Source of the DNA: a bacterium
GTDB lineage: Bacteria > Patescibacteriota > Saccharimonadia > Saccharimonadales > DATKHC01
NCBI GenBank assembly: GCA_021781215.1
Contig: JAJXXC010000002.1
Coordinates: 83,371 to 147,370, forward strand
Reading direction: 5' to 3'
Length of the DNA: 64,000 bases
Shown here: positions 61,821 to 64,000 of the stretch, in pieces
Layout of the letters: every line of letters starts with the position of its first letter
Position numbering within the stretch: the first letter of the stretch is position 1
Position numbers and translations under genes: made by a program
The notes under the pieces: generated by a model
What the model was told of the DNA's origin: nothing
The model's database searches: none
What the model saw: the letters and a program-made list of their open reading frames with translations, nothing else

Positions 61821-63306
61821 ATTAAAAAAATTCTTAACTGTTGTACTCTCATTACTATCAACTATTATTTTAGTCTGCTATGGAATAGCAGGTGCGTCTC
61901 CTAGCAGTGACCTCCAGTCTATATTAGACGGAACGTCCTACTATAATCCTTCTGCAACATCGTGTGGAGCATATGGAACGGTTCCAATTCCAACCATTTC
62001 TGCAAATGCTGCATCGAGCGGTACTTGGACAGGGGGGCCAAAGACAGGCCCATATTACTTAGAAGAGTTTGCAATTCAAGTATTACAAGATGTAGCAAAA
62101 AAAACCAACACCCCAGTCGGAAATGTTTTAACCCAAGAACACGTTATCGCGTTAATTGGCTGGTTTTATAGAGAAGGCGGTGACATAGCCGATGGTCCTC
62201 CGCAAAACAACAATTATCCAAATTTATTCAATCCTCTCAATACGTCTATTAATGACCCTACTATTGAAAACACAAACGCACCAGGAGGAGTTGAGTCATT
62301 TCTGTCTTTCAACGATGGGGTAGAGGGGACTGCCAGGACTATAGTCGGGTCTTATCAAAACCGTATTGCTGCAATATTAACCCAACAATATTCAACCGCA
62401 GAACAAGTTGCGGAGACCATTGCTAATTTTCAAAATTATCCAGGTAATCTTGCTTGGGCATCACCAGGGGGGAACCCAACACAAGCTGAAGTGATAGCAG
62501 ATAATCAAAATGTTTATCTTCCGTCATTATTAACCCAGATAGAACAAGCTAGAACTAATTACATAAATGAAGCGACTCTAGAACTAGGCACTCCGCAGGC
62601 AGAATCGTTTATACCCAGTGATCATGTAGCTGCTAGCCTACTCCAATACCAACCGACCGCAAGTAGCTCTACAGGAATTAGCACTAACATCGGTAATCAA
62701 CCCGATACCAGTGCTAGCGCCTCAGGATGTGCAACTAACGTCTCGTGTAACAATAGTGCACCGACATCAGCTAGCTCGTCGCAGCTTACCCAAGTGAGAC
62801 AAAATATAGTTTGCATTGCCACCAATGAACTACAAGAACACTGGACGCCAATATCTTCAACAACTAAATACTCATACTACTTAACATACACTCAGGGCGC
62901 GACAGAAGAATGGTGTGCAGATTTTGCTAGCTGGGTTTATAATCAAGCCGGCGCACCGTTTGGTGTTAATGGAAACTGGCGAGAACCTTCGGTCGCTGGA
63001 ATTGTGTCGTTAGCCCAACAAAGCCAGGGTTTCCAGTGGCATCCACAATCATCAGGATACATACCAGTACCCGGAGATCTAGCGATTTATTATGACTCCT
63101 CCAGTTCTGCCCCGTATTATCACGTAACAGTTGTTGTTGCTGTTAATGGTGGTTCAGTTATTACAATAGGTGGTGATCAAACAAACCCCTTATATCCAAA
63201 CAATACAAACTATGGCAACAGTAACAGCAATTCTGTTGTGTCTATATCTGGTAATCAAAGTGAATATAGTAGCGGGGGGATAGCTGGCTATGTATCGCCA
63301 GATTAA
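61807..63306 (+). CDS. secreted cell-wall hydrolase with C-terminal CHAP domain (VirB1-analog)
   Basis: N-terminal anchor. The CHAP catalytic Cys lies in EEWCADFASWVYNQAG and the His in APYYHVTVVVAV...TIGGDQ. The ATG at 61807 has GGGG 7 nt upstream. The track start is 61795. Confidence 0.75.
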   Translation: MLINRLKKFLTVVLSLLSTIILVCYGIAGASPSSDLQSILDGTSYYNPSATSCGAYGTVPIPTISANAASSGTWTGGPKTGPYYLEEFAIQVLQDVAKKTNTPVGNVLTQEHVIALIGWFYREGGDIADGPPQNNNYPNLFNPLNTSINDPTIENTNAPGGVESFLSFNDGVEGTARTIVGSYQNRIAAILTQQYSTAEQVAETIANFQNYPGNLAWASPGGNPTQAEVIADNQNVYLPSLLTQIEQARTNYINEATLELGTPQAESFIPSDHVAASLLQYQPTASSSTGISTNIGNQPDTSASASGCATNVSCNNSAPTSASSSQLTQVRQNIVCIATNELQEHWTPISSTTKYSYYLTYTQGATEEWCADFASWVYNQAGAPFGVNGNWREPSVAGIVSLAQQSQGFQWHPQSSGYIPVPGDLAIYYDSSSSAPYYHVTVVVAVNGGSVITIGGDQTNPLYPNNTNYGNSNSNSVVSISGNQSEYSSGGIAGYVSPD

Positions 63307-63315
63307 GGAAGTATT

Positions 63316-63960
63316 ATGACAAAGACACGAATATCGGTATTTATAGTAATTATATTGTCACTATTTCTTTTGATGTTTATTAATAGTAAAAATAGTGGTT
63401 TTCGAATAATTAAATATAGCCCTCCCCTGAATAGCGTATCGACTATTACCCCGTATATCGATGTAGATTTTAGTGATCCGTTAGCAAGTACTGGATTATA
63501 TATTTACTCTTATCAAAACATCGTCAGTTCTTACAAAATATTCAATTCAAACTACTTACGAATTTATTTAAAAGTTCCTCTTCAAATAGGTATAAAATAT
63601 CAACTAAAATTTGTTAGCGTTATGAATAAATCAAATGGCTATATCAAGGACAGCGTTATATCATTCTCGCCCAAGAACGTTGGTGCGTCGTCTCTAACCA
63701 AAGATCAAATTAAATATTTAACCGATACTCAAAACAAATCGACAACTCAAATATATAACACTAGCCTTGTTGGTATATTGCCATACCTGTCTCCTGGTGA
63801 CGAGTTTTTAGTTAGCTATGAACAAATTAACGGAACACCCTATATTACAATAACTAGTGCATCTCAACAAGGATACAATAATGGTATTTTATGGATATCT
63901 AGCCAAGGATATAACCCCTCGAAATTAAACATAAAATATATAGACCAACAGCCTTACTGA
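63316..63960 (+). CDS. anchored hypothetical protein, last visible gene of the T4SS-like operon
   Basis: Signal anchor (ISVFIVIILSLFLLMFI). FRIIKYSPPLNSVSTITPYIDVDFSDPL resembles the start of SbsA-type Ig-like domains (weak). Confidence 0.55.
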   Translation: MTKTRISVFIVIILSLFLLMFINSKNSGFRIIKYSPPLNSVSTITPYIDVDFSDPLASTGLYIYSYQNIVSSYKIFNSNYLRIYLKVPLQIGIKYQLKFVSVMNKSNGYIKDSVISFSPKNVGASSLTKDQIKYLTDTQNKSTTQIYNTSLVGILPYLSPGDEFLVSYEQINGTPYITITSASQQGYNNGILWISSQGYNPSKLNIKYIDQQPY

Positions 63961-64000
63961 GTAACGATTATATTGGCCGTTTTATCAAAATGCTTAATTA

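Overview
AT-rich, very gene-dense bacterial chromosome segment with many 1-4 nt ATGA/TAATG gene overlaps. TGA is used as a stop, so the standard genetic code applies. The gene content suggests a Patescibacteria/CPR, Saccharibacteria-like genome: Gram-positive-type sortase with an LPXTG substrate, bifunctional PGI/PMI, a CarS-like lipid gene and many orphan surface proteins. The taxon is inference only. Region 1-33 kb is mostly housekeeping: polA (partial), dnaG-rpoD, orn, mscL, argS, a head-group lipid operon, a two-component system, groES-groEL with a CIRCE-like operator, murE, tsaD, valS, murD with a PP-loop partner, an atypical Nramp-family transporter, yajQ and a GT2/deacetylase pair. Region 33-47 kb looks accessory. 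It holds an orphan cytochrome b-like protein, a large pilin-like/lectin-like surface protein, a sortase with an LPXTG ice-binding-like substrate, and a block of orphan cytoplasmic proteins punctuated by a 29-nt repeat. It also holds tRNA-Arg and two tRNA-Ser genes flanking a PD-(D/E)XK nuclease ORF. Region 48.2-64 kb, continuing past the window, is the most interesting part: a type IV secretion-like locus built as two divergent operons. The minus strand carries five tandem VirB2/TrbC-like pilin paralogs plus a 714-aa Cys-rich ectodomain fused to a sixth pilin module. The plus strand carries VirB6-like, PrgI/VirB3-like and split VirB4 genes, an 898-aa anchored protein and a CHAP wall hydrolase. 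No relaxase or coupling protein is visible. I recognised four tRNAs and no rRNA, CRISPR, transposase or integrase. Many operon-leading genes carry a -10 hexamer only 6-9 nt from the ATG, a leaderless architecture that moves several ORF-track starts.
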